Virus record (IMG/VR): IMGVR_UViG_3300045988_121566
Span: 1 to 64,000 of that record
DNA: 64,000 bases
Origin: a virus
Strand: one strand, 5' to 3'
Positions 1-9,623 of the stretch are shown piece by piece (position 1 is the stretch's first letter; each line of letters starts with the position of its first letter). The notes under the pieces are model-generated. The model saw only the letters and a program-made list of their open reading frames with translations, ran no database searches and had not been told where the DNA came from. The position numbers and the translations under genes were made by a program.

Positions 1-2
1 CA

Positions 3-3000
3 CTTGATGCCAACACAACTTCTTCTCAGAAGAGTAAGTTCAACGAAATGGAAGTTGCCGATATTACCAATAAATATGGCGATAAGGTGGTTAAGGAATA
101 CATGGCAGAGCATCTTGACCTTTACGCACGAATGGCTGATCCATTCGGATGGGAAAAGACTCATGGTGATGATTTGTCCAGAATCGACCCACAGACTCTT
201 GTTGCAAGCGGTGGCGGTGTTGGCGATGGCGAAGCTGGTGCCGACGCAAGCAAGTTGCTTGGTAGAATGGCATTGCTAAAGGTTTCTGAGCAGGAGAAGA
301 TGTTGCAGGAGATTGGCGAGCTTTATGCCAACGAGATTCAACGCCTCAACGAAATGGGTGAGAACGACCTGGAGATTACCGAGCTGCCTTTGAAGGCTAA
401 GACTCTACACAAGGAAGTTTGGAAGCAGGGAGCAGAGCCGGGCGGCGATAACGCATTTGCAGACAACACCTATATAGAAAAGGTGAACATGGCCATCTTG
501 AAGAAACCGATGAAGGCTTCTGAGGTGAAGTCTTCTCAGGAAGGCTTGACTGGCGGTAAGACTTGGGATGAATATAAGACCGAGAAGAAGGCTGCCGTGA
601 AGGAGTACTTCGACCAGAAGATTGCGGACGAGACTCAGAAGTATGAGGAGCGTGCGGTGAAGGCTGCAACAAAGGCCAAGGAGAAGTATATCAAGGATGC
701 TAAGAAGGGACAGAAGGATTCTGGCATGAGCGATGAGCAGATTGAGAAGATGGCTGGATATCAGTATGACAACATCTACAAGCAGGAGAAAGATAAGCTG
801 AACGATGTGATGAAGAACCTGAAATCCAAGGCTGAAATGTTTGAGCGTGTGCTTGATACCTTCGATACCAACCAGACTTTCGTTCTGCCTACAGATATGA
901 ATAACCCTAACGAGTTGAGCGGATTCGGCAATAGTTACGGTAGACTCATTGACATCAAGATTACTGATAACTACTCGCCTAACGCCTCTACGGTTTCATT
1001 CGCTACCTTGGATGGCAGAAGAAAGATTACTTTCCCTATTGCCGGAAATGTGGGTTCTGGTGAAAACAAGGTGGATATTATCAGTTCTATCGACCGCATG
1101 ACCAAGCAGGCTTCCAGTATGGGCGATAATCATATCAAGGTATTGAACCAAGACCTTAATAATTGGGATAGACTGACCAGCAACGAGAGCCGCAAGGATG
1201 GTTATATCGTGACAGACAATCTGATGCAGGCATTGGTTGACAGTAAGGATCAGGGATTTGGCGGTCAGTTGGTGAAGTACACTACTGATACTGGCGAGGT
1301 GAAGACTGGTATCTTGATGCCAGACCGATTCGACCCTAATGGCTTGACTACGGATGCGCCTATCAACAGCGTTGCTGATAAGTTTGAACTTTCATCATGG
1401 CGCGGAGGTATTGACGAGGTTACTTCGTCGGATGGTGAAGTAAAGGTGAAGCGCATAGATAACTATCGTGGTGATTACTTTGAGATTCGTGTACCAAAGA
1501 GCAAAGCGAAGGGCGGCAAGTACTTCATGGACGAAGATTTGCTGAAGCTGGTTGATGGCAACAATTTTGAAACCAGGGGAAACAATATGCTTGCTGAATT
1601 TAAGCCAGAGCAGTTGAAGCCAGTACTGGAACGCCTGTCTAAGATGGGCGTGAAGGTACAGGAGGAGCGTAATACTTCTGATGAAGAAGGTACTCACTTC
1701 CGCGAGGAACGAGTTGATGTCAACTATCCTGCTTCATCGGTTGAGAGCCATGTGGAGAAGGTGGCTCAGAAGACTGGCGGAAAGGTGAAGATGGTTTCAT
1801 CTGTTGATGAAATCACCAACAAGGAAGCAAAGGCAGCTATTGAGGAAGGCAGGAATATAACCGGTTGGTACGATGAAAAGACAGGGGAGGTTTGTCTATA
1901 TATGCCAAATATCCACGACAGATATACTGCCGAGAAGACTATCTGGCATGAGGTTGTAGGACACAAGGGAATGAGAGAGCTTTTCGGTGAAGAGCGATTC
2001 GGGAAGTTCCTTCGTGATGTATGGTACGACTTGGATAAGCCAGAGAATGCGGCTTTGAAGAAGCTGGTGGATGAGGAGAGAAAGTTCAACCCTATGAATA
2101 TCTACGATGCCATTGAGGAAGGTATCGCCCGACTCGCCGAGGATGGCAAGGGCGAAGCTGGATTCTGGAATGGTATCAAGAATAAGGTATCTGATTTTCT
2201 TCATGAAATCGGTTATCGTATTGCTCCTAATACTAAAGATGTGAAGTACTTGCTCTGGTTGAGCAAGAACTTGCAGAAGAATCCGAATGATCCATATTGG
2301 AAACTGAGAGCCGAGGCGGTTAAATACCGTCTCGACCATGAGGATATTCGGAGTGTGGTTTCCCGTGATGGCGTGTTCTACGAAAATGATGGCAAGGCTC
2401 GTTCCCTGGCAGACTTACCAAAGGCAGATTATCAGGAGGCTACAGACGGACAGATTCATTTCCGTACTACCCCAACCGCAGCTACTGCCCTTGACAGATA
2501 CCACCGTTCGCTTGACGCTCATGGCTATATGGCTACGGAGAGCTATATGGATAATATGCTTTCCTTGAAGAAGCTGATGAATGCCATTGTGCCGGACAAG
2601 AAGATAGAGGATATAGCTTCTTCTGAAAATCCATACATTCTTCAGAACGTCATGCAGGGCGCGATGAGCGATGCGGCAAAGATGTTCGAGATAAACATCA
2701 TGCGTCCTTTGGAGAAAGCTATGGCCGGAGTACTCGATGCATTTGAAGGCAAAAAGACAGACGACAAGATAAGGAACTTCAATCTCTATATGATTACCAA
2801 GCACGGATTGGAGCGAAACAGAGTGCTCTTTGTGCGTGATTCTGTGAGAAAGCTTCGTATGGATGACAGCACCAAGGCAGACGCTGAGAAGCTGCAGAGC
2901 GAATGGGTCGTCAAGAAGGAGGATTTGGGCAACCAGCTAAAGAGCGGAATCATCGACCTGAAACGTTACTACGAGAAGATGGACGAGTGGATACGCGATA

Positions 3001-5696
3001 ATGTGAACAAGGACTACGAGGCTGGAGAACACGACTATTCGGGTATGCACGGTGTGCAGGACATTATAAGTATGAAAGATCCATACAATGACGGAGAGGC
3101 CATACAGAGTGTGATGGACGCAGAAGCAAAGATGGAATCGGTAAAGGCCGGATCAGTAAGAGATTATTGGGATAAAGTAAGAGCGGCTACCAGATATTCG
3201 GTAGACTCAGACTATAATAACGGCATTATAGACAGAGACCTGCACGGACACGTATCGAAGATGTTTGACTGGTACGTTCCACTGAGAAACTATGACGAGA
3301 CAACGGCTGAGGATGTATATGGTTATATCACAGAAATCGGAGACCCGAAGAACCGCATAGGAAGCACCCTTGCAAAGGCAAGAGGACACAAGTATCTTAG
3401 CGAGACCAACATACTGGCTCAGATAGGAGCCTTAGGCAACAGAGCCATCAAGAACGGAGGCGATAATGCTATCAAACAGGCCTTTGCGAGATTTGCGAGA
3501 AACCACTCTGACAACAACCTTGTCAAGGAGACGAGTGTATGGTATGTGAAAGACCCCACAACAGGAATTGTAGAGGAACGTTATCCTGACATTCCTGAGG
3601 GTGCTACAGCTGACGAGATTAATCAGATAGTATCGGACTTCGACACCGATATGGATATGCTGAAAGCGCAAGGTCTTGCTACAAAGAAGTTTGACAGAGG
3701 AAATATCGGTTATCGCTTTGAGCGAGCTAAAGACAAGTCGCAGCATATCGTGGACGTGATGATTGCAGGCAAGAAGCACAGCTTTGTTATCTTAGGCAAC
3801 CCAAGAGCAGCGCAGGCTCTGAACGGAATGCTGGAGCACAAGAACGAGTCATTGGCAGGACGAACTACTGCCGCCATATCAAGATTCATGGCTCAGACCT
3901 GTACTTCATATAACCCAGAGTTCGTGATGCGTAATATGATAAGAGACTTTGAGTTTGCTTCTACCAACCTGCTTGCCAAGGAAGGTATGGCATACACCAA
4001 GACTTTCGAAAAGTATTATGCTCAGGTTGGACTTATCGAGGGTATCAGAAACACTAAGCTGAGTGATTTTAAGAAAATGACAGGTTTCGGATTGTTCTCT
4101 AAGTACAGAAACGGCACACTCGACACTTCCGATAAGATTCAGAGATACTTCAAGGAGTTCATGGAGAACGGCGGTGAGACAGGCTGGGTTCAGATAAAGA
4201 ACATGAAAGACCTTACTGCCGAGTACAAACTTCATGTAAAGACAGAGAAGAACGGCAAGGCCAGAGTATCAAAGAATGTCTTTGACTTTATCTTCAAGAA
4301 TTTGGAGAACGCCAACGAGGTTGCAGAGAACTTGGCTCGATTTTCTACTTATTGCGCGAGCCGCGATGCTGGCCGTTCGGCTGTTCGCTCTGCTTATGAT
4401 GCCAAGGAGGTTTCTGTCAACTTTAACCGACACGGTTCGGGTAATGCTATCTATTCGTTCAAGAACGGAGAGATGAGTAAAGCTAAGACTGCAAGAAAGA
4501 ATGTCTATGGTTTCTGGGCTTCTTGGTTTAGAAACTCGTCAATGTTCTTCAATGCAGGAGTGCAGAGTACAAACCTACTGATCAAGAACTTCAAGAACAA
4601 CAAGGCTGGAACGATAGGTTACATCATGGCCGGTCCAATGATGAGTGGTATGGCTATGGCTCTTATCAACAATATGCTTATCGCCAGTGAGGATGAGAAG
4701 GACAGGAAGGGAGTAAAGGACCCATACGGAGAGCTTCCTGACTATATCAGAAGAAACAATCTCTGTATCTACGTAGGAGGTGGCGAGTTTATTACTATTC
4801 CGCTTGCTATTGAGGAAAGGGCTTTCTATGGTCTTGGTGACTTAGCGGCTGGTCTTACTTTCTCGAAGAATATCAGCGGGCAGAAGAACCCTGCACTGGA
4901 TGCTGTAGGATGTATGTCTCAGCTGGTTCCTGTGGCTGATTATCTTGGAAATGCCTCATTCGGCAAGAAACCCGGAGAAGAAACCATTAAAGCCATTGCT
5001 CCATCTGCAGTTTCTCCTATCTTTGAATGGTTCTTTAACTCAGACTGGAAGGGCGCTCCTATCCATAGAGAGAATAAGTTTGACGAGAACCAGCCATCTT
5101 GGATGCTGGCCTACAAGGGTACACCAGAATGGCTCATCAACATCAACAAGAAAGCAAACGCATGGTCGAACGATGTAGCTCCTGGAAATGAGAACATGAA
5201 GGGAAACGATTTTCTTGATGCTGCGACAGACCCATCTTTGCTGCAGCACTTATATAGCAGTTATCTTGGAGGTGCAGCCACCTTTATGGAGAGAGTCGGA
5301 GGACTTGTTAAGAAAGGTAATGACACAGAAACAAAGGATATTCCTTTTGTGCGCTCCATGTTCTATACGCCAAGCGAGCAGACAAGCCTTCAAAGAACCA
5401 AGAGCAAGTGGTATAACTACTTGGATGAGACTGAAAAGATGATAGCGAATGCTAAACGCTTGAAGTCAAAGAAAGTTCCTTTGGATGAGCTGGTTAAGAA
5501 TTATGGCGACTACTACAAGTTTAAGCAATCAAAGGGAGCTGAGAAGATGAATGTTATCGAAACGGCTACCAAGGAAATGAAGAAGTGGAAGGAACTACGC
5601 AACAAGTCGAACGATGCAGAGAGTATCAACTTTGCCAATCAGAATATTGATTATATTATGATGAGGGCAGTGAATGAACTCGACAAGTTGAACTAA
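3..5696 (+). CDS. giant multidomain virion-associated protein (about 1,900 codons visible), 5' end probably outside the window; zincin-type HExxH motif; hydrophobic Gly/Met-rich C-terminal part
   Basis: Frame is open from base 3 to the listed Met at 48. HEVVGH lies at nt 1947-1964. Membrane-like segment GTIGYIMAGPMMSGMAMALINNMLIA. Hairpin terminator directly downstream. Confidence 0.7.
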   Translation, partial: LDANTTSSQKSKFNEMEVADITNKYGDKVVKEYMAEHLDLYARMADPFGWEKTHGDDLSRIDPQTLVASGGGVGDGEAGADASKLLGRMALLKVSEQEKMLQEIGELYANEIQRLNEMGENDLEITELPLKAKTLHKEVWKQGAEPGGDNAFADNTYIEKVNMAILKKPMKASEVKSSQEGLTGGKTWDEYKTEKKAAVKEYFDQKIADETQKYEERAVKAATKAKEKYIKDAKKGQKDSGMSDEQIEKMAGYQYDNIYKQEKDKLNDVMKNLKSKAEMFERVLDTFDTNQTFVLPTDMNNPNELSGFGNSYGRLIDIKITDNYSPNASTVSFATLDGRRKITFPIAGNVGSGENKVDIISSIDRMTKQASSMGDNHIKVLNQDLNNWDRLTSNESRKDGYIVTDNLMQALVDSKDQGFGGQLVKYTTDTGEVKTGILMPDRFDPNGLTTDAPINSVADKFELSSWRGGIDEVTSSDGEVKVKRIDNYRGDYFEIRVPKSKAKGGKYFMDEDLLKLVDGNNFETRGNNMLAEFKPEQLKPVLERLSKMGVKVQEERNTSDEEGTHFREERVDVNYPASSVESHVEKVAQKTGGKVKMVSSVDEITNKEAKAAIEEGRNITGWYDEKTGEVCLYMPNIHDRYTAEKTIWHEVVGHKGMRELFGEERFGKFLRDVWYDLDKPENAALKKLVDEERKFNPMNIYDAIEEGIARLAEDGKGEAGFWNGIKNKVSDFLHEIGYRIAPNTKDVKYLLWLSKNLQKNPNDPYWKLRAEAVKYRLDHEDIRSVVSRDGVFYENDGKARSLADLPKADYQEATDGQIHFRTTPTAATALDRYHRSLDAHGYMATESYMDNMLSLKKLMNAIVPDKKIEDIASSENPYILQNVMQGAMSDAAKMFEINIMRPLEKAMAGVLDAFEGKKTDDKIRNFNLYMITKHGLERNRVLFVRDSVRKLRMDDSTKADAEKLQSEWVVKKEDLGNQLKSGIIDLKRYYEKMDEWIRDNVNKDYEAGEHDYSGMHGVQDIISMKDPYNDGEAIQSVMDAEAKMESVKAGSVRDYWDKVRAATRYSVDSDYNNGIIDRDLHGHVSKMFDWYVPLRNYDETTAEDVYGYITEIGDPKNRIGSTLAKARGHKYLSETNILAQIGALGNRAIKNGGDNAIKQAFARFARNHSDNNLVKETSVWYVKDPTTGIVEERYPDIPEGATADEINQIVSDFDTDMDMLKAQGLATKKFDRGNIGYRFERAKDKSQHIVDVMIAGKKHSFVILGNPRAAQALNGMLEHKNESLAGRTTAAISRFMAQTCTSYNPEFVMRNMIRDFEFASTNLLAKEGMAYTKTFEKYYAQVGLIEGIRNTKLSDFKKMTGFGLFSKYRNGTLDTSDKIQRYFKEFMENGGETGWVQIKNMKDLTAEYKLHVKTEKNGKARVSKNVFDFIFKNLENANEVAENLARFSTYCASRDAGRSAVRSAYDAKEVSVNFNRHGSGNAIYSFKNGEMSKAKTARKNVYGFWASWFRNSSMFFNAGVQSTNLLIKNFKNNKAGTIGYIMAGPMMSGMAMALINNMLIASEDEKDRKGVKDPYGELPDYIRRNNLCIYVGGGEFITIPLAIEERAFYGLGDLAAGLTFSKNISGQKNPALDAVGCMSQLVPVADYLGNASFGKKPGEETIKAIAPSAVSPIFEWFFNSDWKGAPIHRENKFDENQPSWMLAYKGTPEWLININKKANAWSNDVAPGNENMKGNDFLDAATDPSLLQHLYSSYLGGAATFMERVGGLVKKGNDTETKDIPFVRSMFYTPSEQTSLQRTKSKWYNYLDETEKMIANAKRLKSKKVPLDELVKNYGDYYKFKQSKGAEKMNVIETATKEMKKWKELRNKSNDAESINFANQNIDYIMMRAVNELDKLN

Positions 5697-5701
5697 ATAA
5701 A

Positions 5702-5737
5702 AAGGGAGTGGGCTTAATGCTCACTCCTTTCTTTTAT
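5702..5737 (+). terminator. intrinsic terminator after the giant gene
   Basis: AAGGGAGTG (5702-5710) pairs with CACTCCTTT (5722-5730, one G-U), followed by CTTTTAT. Confidence 0.55.
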
Positions 5738-6361
5738 AGTGTAGCATATATGACACGGAGTCCTATACATACTTTCGGCTTCTTCTTTGGATACTTTTTC
5801 AATTCTTCCACCGCAATTTCTCAAACCATCGCAAGATTCTGTTTTGTGATATCTACGTGAAAAACTACCCATGCAGACATAAACGCTATCTGAACATGAT
5901 GAAAGTATAACAAATAAAAATAAAATATACGGCAAGAAAAAGTTTCTCTTTCTTTTAATTATTTCTATTTTATCCAATTCTTTAGAATACAAGCTTCTTG
6001 TTATAGAAACAGGCAATGATAGTAGCACACATATTGCATTTACAGATATTGATGTTAATACATGATCCCCTTGATAATAATAAAAATCAAATAAAGCTTT
6101 TATGATGTTGCTTACTGTGAGCAAAACTATCAAGTTGAAATATCTGTTTTCTCTTCTATAATTATAGATTCTACCATTTTTGTAAACATCTTTATCTCTA
6201 ACCACAAAGAACACTACAGGGCCACAAGTAATAAACATATATAAAATTTGATACCATTCTCTGCAGCTATTATAGTTATGGAACCACTCAAATGCTACAG
6301 GAAAAATGATAAACAATACATTTATCCAGTAAGCGTATTTCCCCATTAAAATTTTCTTCAT
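5714..6361 (-). CDS. multi-pass membrane protein with C-terminal Cys/His-rich (Ada-type Zn-binding-like) tail; reverse-strand moron
   Basis: ATG start. Several hydrophobic helices. C-terminus YHKTESCDGLRNCGGRIEKVSKEEAESMYRTPCHICY. Visibly AT-rich compared with the flanking late genes, and opposite in strand. Confidence 0.6.
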   Translation of the reverse strand: MKKILMGKYAYWINVLFIIFPVAFEWFHNYNSCREWYQILYMFITCGPVVFFVVRDKDVYKNGRIYNYRRENRYFNLIVLLTVSNIIKALFDFYYYQGDHVLTSISVNAICVLLSLPVSITRSLYSKELDKIEIIKRKRNFFLPYILFLFVILSSCSDSVYVCMGSFSRRYHKTESCDGLRNCGGRIEKVSKEEAESMYRTPCHICYTIKERSEH

Positions 6362-6570
6362 AATTCAATAAAATGTTAAGCGTTAAGTTTTCTGCAAAAA
6401 TACGAAAAATAGTAATATGTTGTGTTCCTGTTTGTCTACTTTCTTTGTAATTTAGACTGATACTAAATAAGTGGGCAAGATGTTGCTCACACATAAATCA
6501 CTGATACATAATAACTTAAATGCTTGTATTTTTATTTTGAGCATAGTTAGGAAAGGGGTGAAGTTCTTTG

Positions 6571-6578
6571 TAACTTTG
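6571..6578 (+). promoter_or_regulatory. candidate -7 promoter box (TAnnTTTG type)
   Basis: TAACTTTG lies 45 nt upstream of ATG 6623. No correctly spaced -33 TTTG was seen. Confidence 0.35.
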
Positions 6579-6622
6579 CAACAAGTTCAATAGTGAACGA
6601 AACGATTAATCTATCATTTATT

Positions 6623-7573
6623 ATGTCAGAATCTAAGACATACATCTTTGGTGAAAACCAAAACGGAGGTTCAAACGGAATGCTTGGACTTCTTGCTCCT
6701 CTGCTCCAGAAGCAGGGTGTGGATCCAAATGTGCTTCTCGCCATGAAGGGCAACAATGGCTTCGGCGGTGAAGGCGGCTGGTTCATGTGGGTTATCTTCC
6801 TCTTCTTCCTTATGGGTTGGGGCGGTAATGGCTGGGGTGGCTTCGGCAACAATGGCCGTGGTGGTCTTGCTAACGAGATTAACAATGACTATGGTCGTAG
6901 TCTCCTGATGGATGCCATCGGTGGCAACCGCAATGCACTCAGCAATTTGGCTACCCAGTTGAACTGCACAGAAGGTCAGATTCAGAGTGCCATCTCTGCT
7001 TTGACCTCTCAGGTTCAGAATGTAGGTAATCAGGTAGGTATGAGCGGTATGCAGACTATCAATGCTTTGCAGCAGGGTAATATGCAGATTGCTCAGCAGA
7101 TTGCAAACTGCTGCTGCGAGAACCGATTAGCTATATGTAAGCAGACTGGAACCTTGCAGAATGCCATCAACAACGTGGCTGTAGGTCAGGAGCGTACAGC
7201 TTCCTCTCTCGCTTATGCTACTCAGCAGCAGACTTGTGACTTGCACAACGCTATCAAGGAAAGCACCCAGACCATCGTTGATGGTCAGAAGCAAGCCGAG
7301 ATGCGCGAGTTACAGAACAAGATTGATGCACTACGTGAAGAGAACAGCACCTTCAAGTCTTCTGCTATGACCTCTCAGATTATCGGTCAATCACTTGCGC
7401 CTGTAAATGCTGCTTTGGCTGGTTTGCAGAGTGAAGTCAACGCAATCAAGTGCGCCCAGCCGAATACGGTGACTGTACCATATCAGCCATTCCAGGCCAT
7501 TCCTAACTGCGTGGCTTATCAGGCTGGTTTGTACGGACTGAATGCTGCCAACAATGCAGGATTCTGGGGTTAA
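6623..7573 (+). CDS. Gly/Trp-rich single-pass membrane protein with long Q/N-rich helical C-terminal region; structural-module protein of unknown function
   Basis: The track ORF starts at GTG 6593; the first ATG is at 6623 (MSESKTY). TM-like WFMWVIFLFFLMGW is flanked by GG repeats. Contains the cysteine cluster ANCCCENRLAIC. Confidence 0.65.
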   Translation: MSESKTYIFGENQNGGSNGMLGLLAPLLQKQGVDPNVLLAMKGNNGFGGEGGWFMWVIFLFFLMGWGGNGWGGFGNNGRGGLANEINNDYGRSLLMDAIGGNRNALSNLATQLNCTEGQIQSAISALTSQVQNVGNQVGMSGMQTINALQQGNMQIAQQIANCCCENRLAICKQTGTLQNAINNVAVGQERTASSLAYATQQQTCDLHNAIKESTQTIVDGQKQAEMRELQNKIDALREENSTFKSSAMTSQIIGQSLAPVNAALAGLQSEVNAIKCAQPNTVTVPYQPFQAIPNCVAYQAGLYGLNAANNAGFWG

Positions 7574-7588
7574 AGAAAGGAGGCTGCT

Positions 7589-7933
7589 ATGTTATGGTTA
7601 AGACCTTATACATGGGTGAATCGTAACGGTTCGGCAGCTATCGCTTCTACGGGCGTGGTGGTGAACACCAACAATGTTGTTTTCTCGTTCAAAAACCACG
7701 CCTTCGTGAATGCCAGCTACAGAGGAACGATTTTCGTGAACCTGATGCAGGCTATTCCGACTGGAACGACTGGTACGCTGCCTATCCTTTTCGAGACCAA
7801 CGGAGTGACACAGGCTGTAACCAAGTTCAATGGTGCGCCATTGACGGTTGCAGACGTTCCGGGAACTGGAGTGTTTCAGCTCTGGTTTGAGAGAGATACT
7901 AACACCCTTCAACTGATGACGGGTATTGTTTAA
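7589..7933 (+). CDS. small structural-module protein, unknown function
   Basis: 114-aa ORF with an ATG preceded by AAGGAGG (7577-7583). Same strand and tight spacing with its neighbours. Confidence 0.65.
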   Translation: MLWLRPYTWVNRNGSAAIASTGVVVNTNNVVFSFKNHAFVNASYRGTIFVNLMQAIPTGTTGTLPILFETNGVTQAVTKFNGAPLTVADVPGTGVFQLWFERDTNTLQLMTGIV

Positions 7934-7960
7934 CAAGAATAGATAATAGGAGATTACATT

Positions 7961-8461
7961 ATGTTTCAAGGGCTACGAACAAATTCCTTATTTTATGTAC
8001 TCGACAAGGGAGAGAACCCGAACTTGCAGATTGGTCAGGTGGTCTCAGTAAGCAACCCTCAGACGAAATACCCTGCCTTTAACAACGGCTTTACTCCTCA
8101 ACCTATGGAGACTGTGGTGGACGTGAAGGTGAAGTTAGGTGACGAGGAAGTGGATTTCAAGCAACTGCCAGCAAACGGGCAGATAGCCAACGACAAGAGT
8201 CTTGTGGTAAGCGACAACAAGGAAGCCATGAGCGCAGAGGTGGATGCAATGCTGAGACAATCCAAGGCGATACTGGATAGCGTAGATTACCATGAGAGAG
8301 TCGTTAAATCTTGCGAGGGAATGCTACTGAATCTCAACCCACAGATAGCAAAAGAGAGGGAACAGACCGAGAAAATCAACAAACTGGAAGGTAAGGTTTC
8401 AGGCATTGAGGGCAAGATTGACAAGATGATGGGATGGCTTCAGCAGACCATGAGCAAGTAA
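7961..8461 (+). CDS. structural-module protein with C-terminal coiled coil, unknown function
   Basis: 166-aa ATG ORF. The C-terminal part (KEREQTEKINKLEGKVSGIEGKIDKMM) is heptad-like. Confidence 0.6.
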   Translation: MFQGLRTNSLFYVLDKGENPNLQIGQVVSVSNPQTKYPAFNNGFTPQPMETVVDVKVKLGDEEVDFKQLPANGQIANDKSLVVSDNKEAMSAEVDAMLRQSKAILDSVDYHERVVKSCEGMLLNLNPQIAKEREQTEKINKLEGKVSGIEGKIDKMMGWLQQTMSK

Positions 8462-8491
8462 TCTCCTATCTATCTATTCATTTAAAATCTT

Positions 8492-8761
8492 ATGATTATG
8501 GTAATGATTGAGATTACAGAAGACAAGTTTGATGGCTTGTACGATAACTTAGAGAAAGGTTTGCGCTACTTCGATAAGGCTATGAAATGCCTGGACGAAA
8601 TGAAGCGTGACAGCCGTGGAAGATACGGAGAAAGAAGCCGTATTCCGGACTACAGAGGTCGTGGTAGAAGTGGCATGCGTGAATACGACGACTACGATGA
8701 AGAAATGCGTGACGGTCGTGAGCGCAGAGAGAAACGTGACTACCAAGACTGGGAGGAATAA
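8492..8761 (+). CDS. small highly charged Arg/Asp/Glu-rich protein
   Basis: 89-aa ATG ORF with RGRGRSGMREYDDYDEEMRDGRERREKRDY. A terminator-like hairpin follows. Confidence 0.5.
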   Translation: MIMVMIEITEDKFDGLYDNLEKGLRYFDKAMKCLDEMKRDSRGRYGERSRIPDYRGRGRSGMREYDDYDEEMRDGRERREKRDYQDWEE

Positions 8762-8776
8762 TAATAACTAACTATG

Positions 8777-8826
8777 TGGGTTTGGTCACGATATAAATGT
8801 CGGAGCCAGACCCATTTAAATTTTAG
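8777..8826 (+). terminator. candidate intrinsic terminator
   Basis: TGGGTTTGG (8777-8785) pairs with CCAGACCCA (8806-8814, one G-U), then TTTAAATTTTAG. Confidence 0.4.
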
Positions 8827-8832
8827 ACGATT

Positions 8833-9246
8833 ATGGCTACAAAATATAGAGAATCGCTTGATGCGTATGATTACAAACCGAAAGAAATGGTTGCATATCT
8901 GAGACACAACGGCTGGCACTTCAACAAGAAAATGTGCGAGTGGGCAGTGGCTCAGATGAAAAAGAACGGGAAACGCATTAAGGCAATGAGCAGCGAGAGT
9001 GTAGAAGAACTGCTGAGAAAACACGATGTTGAGTTAGAGAACAACATCGGCCATGATGCCTGTTATATTGCCAATATGTGTGTTGCAGACTTCTACGGCA
9101 GCTCGATAATGGACGAGAAATCGCTTGCCAAGTTTGTGAAAGACTATGTTGATGACGAGGATCAGCAGGATGGCTTTATCTTCAACCGCTTCTATGCAGA
9201 CTGTGCTCATAATGGGGTAGGTATTCCTTGGGATGAGATATTATGA
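8833..9246 (+). CDS. hypothetical protein
   Basis: 137-aa ATG ORF. Its end overlaps the next start by 4 nt (ATGA-type coupling). Confidence 0.65.
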   Translation: MATKYRESLDAYDYKPKEMVAYLRHNGWHFNKKMCEWAVAQMKKNGKRIKAMSSESVEELLRKHDVELENNIGHDACYIANMCVADFYGSSIMDEKSLAKFVKDYVDDEDQQDGFIFNRFYADCAHNGVGIPWDEIL

Positions 9247-9623
9247 CAGAACAGGAGATTTACTTAGAGCAGTATGACTGGACGGTGCGTGTGTGTTATC
9301 ATGCTGGCAGGAATGATGCAATGAGAATAAGAAAGCATCTTCGGGAGTTGGGCTGTCATGGCGTACCTCTCGAAGATGCTTGTAATCTTATGCTCAAAGG
9401 TGAGCTGAATAAAGGGCTAACCTACTCCAATATGGACAAAAGGAAAAGTGTTGTCGTTATAGGGGAAGCCTCATCGTACCCTGAGTGGATCAATAGTATC
9501 GGACATGAAATGCTTCATGTGGTTCAGCATATATCAGACTGTTTCCTCCTTGATATGTATGGAGAAGAAGTGTGCTATCTGCATGGAAAGCTGATGCAAG
9601 CGAGTATGGATGGATTAAAATGA
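9243..9623 (+). CDS. small HExxH (zincin-like) protein
   Basis: Motif SIGHEMLHVVQH followed by EEVCYLHG. Same layout as ORF 36724-37155. Confidence 0.55.
   Translation: MTEQEIYLEQYDWTVRVCYHAGRNDAMRIRKHLRELGCHGVPLEDACNLMLKGELNKGLTYSNMDKRKSVVVIGEASSYPEWINSIGHEMLHVVQHISDCFLLDMYGEEVCYLHGKLMQASMDGLK

Noticed and set aside
7577-7583. Shine-Dalgarno-like AAGGAGG before some late genes (7589, 22308, 30753), as evidence against a Bacteroidota host.
   Set aside because: There are only a few cases, and two lie inside the preceding coding sequence. Promoter motifs and gene families point the other way. This is not enough to draw a conclusion.
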